Made by a program: the position numbers and the translations under genes. A DNA stretch of 61,442 nt, filler included. It is 4 parts of 4 records of this genome, joined end to end, with 100 filler letters (N's around TTAATTAATTAA, not from the genome) between each part and the next. Parts side by side here need not be neighbours in the genome. Positions count along the whole stretch, not along the records: positions 52,518 to 61,442 come from DRR723986_20799; 3 more parts are not named here. One strand, given 5' to 3'. A model generated the notes under the pieces. The model worked only from the letters and a program-made list of their open reading frames with translations. It was not told where the DNA came from and ran no database searches. Shown in pieces: positions 59,552-61,442 of the stretch. Position 1 is the first letter of the stretch. Each line of letters opens with the position of its first letter.

Positions 59552-60975
59552 TCATCGCGGATCATTTCGCAGGATTGGACACCATTGATTTGGCGAACCT
59601 GATAACAAGCCGGAAAGTCACTGCGTTGGAAATCACCGATGCGGTCATCGCACGGATCGAGACGCTCAATCCCGTTTTGAATTTCATGACAACCTGTGAT
59701 TTTGACCGCGCCAGAGATCGCGCAAGGAACGCAAGCGCTGACGCTCCATTTGCGGGCGTTCCGTTCTTGATGAAAGACATGATCGACGTCGGCGGCATAC
59801 CCAGAACCGATGGTTCAAAGCTGATGCTGCAAAACGTGCCGCAACAGAATGTGGCTTACGTCGATGCGATCCAAGACGCTGGGTTGAACATTCTGGGCCT
59901 CACGAATGTCCCCGAATTTGCGGCAGGTATCACAACCGATAATGCCGTTTTTGGCGCAACCATAAACCCGCTGAACCCGGAATATTCAGTCTTTTCATCT
60001 TCTGGTGGGTCGGCCGCCGCCGTTGCATCGGGCGTTATCTCGATGGCGCACGGCACAGATGGTGGCGGCTCTAACCGCCTTCCTGCATCTGCAACGGGCA
60101 TCTTCGGAATGAAGCCAAGCCGCGGGCGGATGCGCTCGGGCGAGGCTGGCGGAGAGCATGACATCGCCAAGACCAATCATGTTTTGTCCCGATCTGTGCG
60201 TGAAAGTGCGCTACTTTTTTCGCTTATCGAAGACAGCACGGGGCCAATGCAACCCGTCGGCTATGTTGCGGGACCCTGCGCAGATCGCATCCGAATCGGG
60301 TATATTTCACCAATTGGGCCTGTCGATGCAGACGTGGCCACTGCCTTGACCATGACGCGCGACCTGCTCTCGAGCATGGGGCACGCGCTGGTCGAAGTGA
60401 GGTTTCCTGTTAACATCGACGAATTCACTAACGCTTACACGGCATTCTTTTCAACGCGGCTCACCCTCTTGCGGCAAATGGTAGAGGCCAGCACAGGCAA
60501 ACCTATCGGTGACAGCGGCCTTGTAACGCCGTTTGTCGCCAGTGGAGCCGAAGCGCTGCGTGATCTTTCCGCAGGTCAGATCGAGCGAGCAATGCTTTAC
60601 CTTCAATCTCTGCAAGACGTGTTTGAACAGCTTTTCCAAAAGGTGGACATCTTATTGACCCCCGTATCCCCTGTGGTCTGTCCCAAGCTTGATCAAGGTG
60701 CCTGGAACAGAACATGGAATGAGGATCTGGCAGCGGAAATGGTCACGCACCTTCAATATACGGCACCCATCAACTTTGCCGGATGCCCTGCAATGTCTGT
60801 GCCTTGTGCAATCGGATCAAACACAGGAATGCCTGTGGGCAGTCATCTCATTGCGCCAGTTGGGGAAGAAAAGCGATTGTTCAATCTCGCCTATGAACTT
60901 GAGGCCGAGTTGAAACCGATGGCTGACCTTGAGAACATGCTAAAGCGGAGATGGGCAACGGATCAGAAACGTTAA
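59548..60975 (+). CDS. Amidase-signature family enzyme
   Basis: GVPFLMKD, SSSGGSAAA, GTDGGGSNRLPAS; ATGA overlap with tetR. Confidence 0.9.
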   Translation: MIIADHFAGLDTIDLANLITSRKVTALEITDAVIARIETLNPVLNFMTTCDFDRARDRARNASADAPFAGVPFLMKDMIDVGGIPRTDGSKLMLQNVPQQNVAYVDAIQDAGLNILGLTNVPEFAAGITTDNAVFGATINPLNPEYSVFSSSGGSAAAVASGVISMAHGTDGGGSNRLPASATGIFGMKPSRGRMRSGEAGGEHDIAKTNHVLSRSVRESALLFSLIEDSTGPMQPVGYVAGPCADRIRIGYISPIGPVDADVATALTMTRDLLSSMGHALVEVRFPVNIDEFTNAYTAFFSTRLTLLRQMVEASTGKPIGDSGLVTPFVASGAEALRDLSAGQIERAMLYLQSLQDVFEQLFQKVDILLTPVSPVVCPKLDQGAWNRTWNEDLAAEMVTHLQYTAPINFAGCPAMSVPCAIGSNTGMPVGSHLIAPVGEEKRLFNLAYELEAELKPMADLENMLKRRWATDQKR

Positions 60976-61442
60976 ACACACACTGTCAGAATATGACTAT
61001 GCTATAGCCAGCCACTTTATTGGGCGCGACTTGTCGCCAGACATATCTCCGGAAAAATTTTGGGACTATACCGAAACAAACCACCTGCCGCGGCAGTCAA
61101 AAAGGTCAGCTACGTGTCGTAAGCAGCCTTAAGGACTCGTTACATCAGTGTCAGGTTTGTCCGCATCTCGGTCCTTACTGCAAGCTGCAGCGAATGACTG
61201 GTCTGGGATCCGTCAACCACTGTCGCGGGAGCAGTGTTGCACGACTTGGTTGTGGCCCAACCTACCAAGGTTTTCTCACCACCTCGCACTACCACGCCGC
61301 CTCCGGGTGTCTCTGGTTGCATCGATAGCGGTTGAAGTTGCCTCAACTGCGGCGCAACCCATTTCTGACAAGCACCGGAAAATACGTAAGTTTTTGAATC
61401 CGTCTCGATTTACATGAAGGGCGGATGGAAAGAGACGCGGGG

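Noticed and set aside
43213-60975. A complete nylon-oligomer degradation pathway (NylA + NylB)
   Set aside because: Different contigs, broad enzyme families and no evidence of specificity.
61020-61417. Short ORFs at the window end
   Set aside because: No RBS or motifs; the region looks like degenerate repeat or IS debris.

Overview
The window is four unrelated-looking alphaproteobacterial contigs joined by 100-bp N linkers containing TTAATTAATTAA: A 1-18899, B 19000-41786, C 41887-52417 and D 52518-61442. Contig A has a peptide ABC transporter, a redoxin, a HAD phosphatase and a lytic transglycosylase-TPR fusion. It also has a tightly packed 7-gene minus-strand redox cluster downstream of a tRNA-Ser 3' end: pentaheme cytochrome c, outer-membrane beta-barrel, membrane-anchored FAD/NAD/[2Fe-2S] reductase, tetraheme cytochrome c, cNMP-binding 4x[4Fe-4S] protein, diheme-b-type membrane protein and membrane-anchored decaheme cytochrome c. 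It looks like a cyclic-nucleotide-linked trans-envelope electron conduit and is the best candidate for an undescribed system. Contig B is core genome (icd, gmk, yicC, mltG, fab genes, rpsF-rpsR-rplI, dnaB, lipid and catabolic enzymes, msrB, ptrB). Contig C is visibly more AT-rich and reads as the end of a genomic island. It starts with a tRNA-Met 3'-half att-like fragment, carries three clusters of ACAC(A/T)GTGT palindromes and a miniature related cytochrome module, and ends in an IS3-like end. Contig D holds an IS6 element and a TRAP / CoA-ligase / crotonase / TetR / amidase catabolic module. All assignments come from reading motifs by eye; no searches were run.
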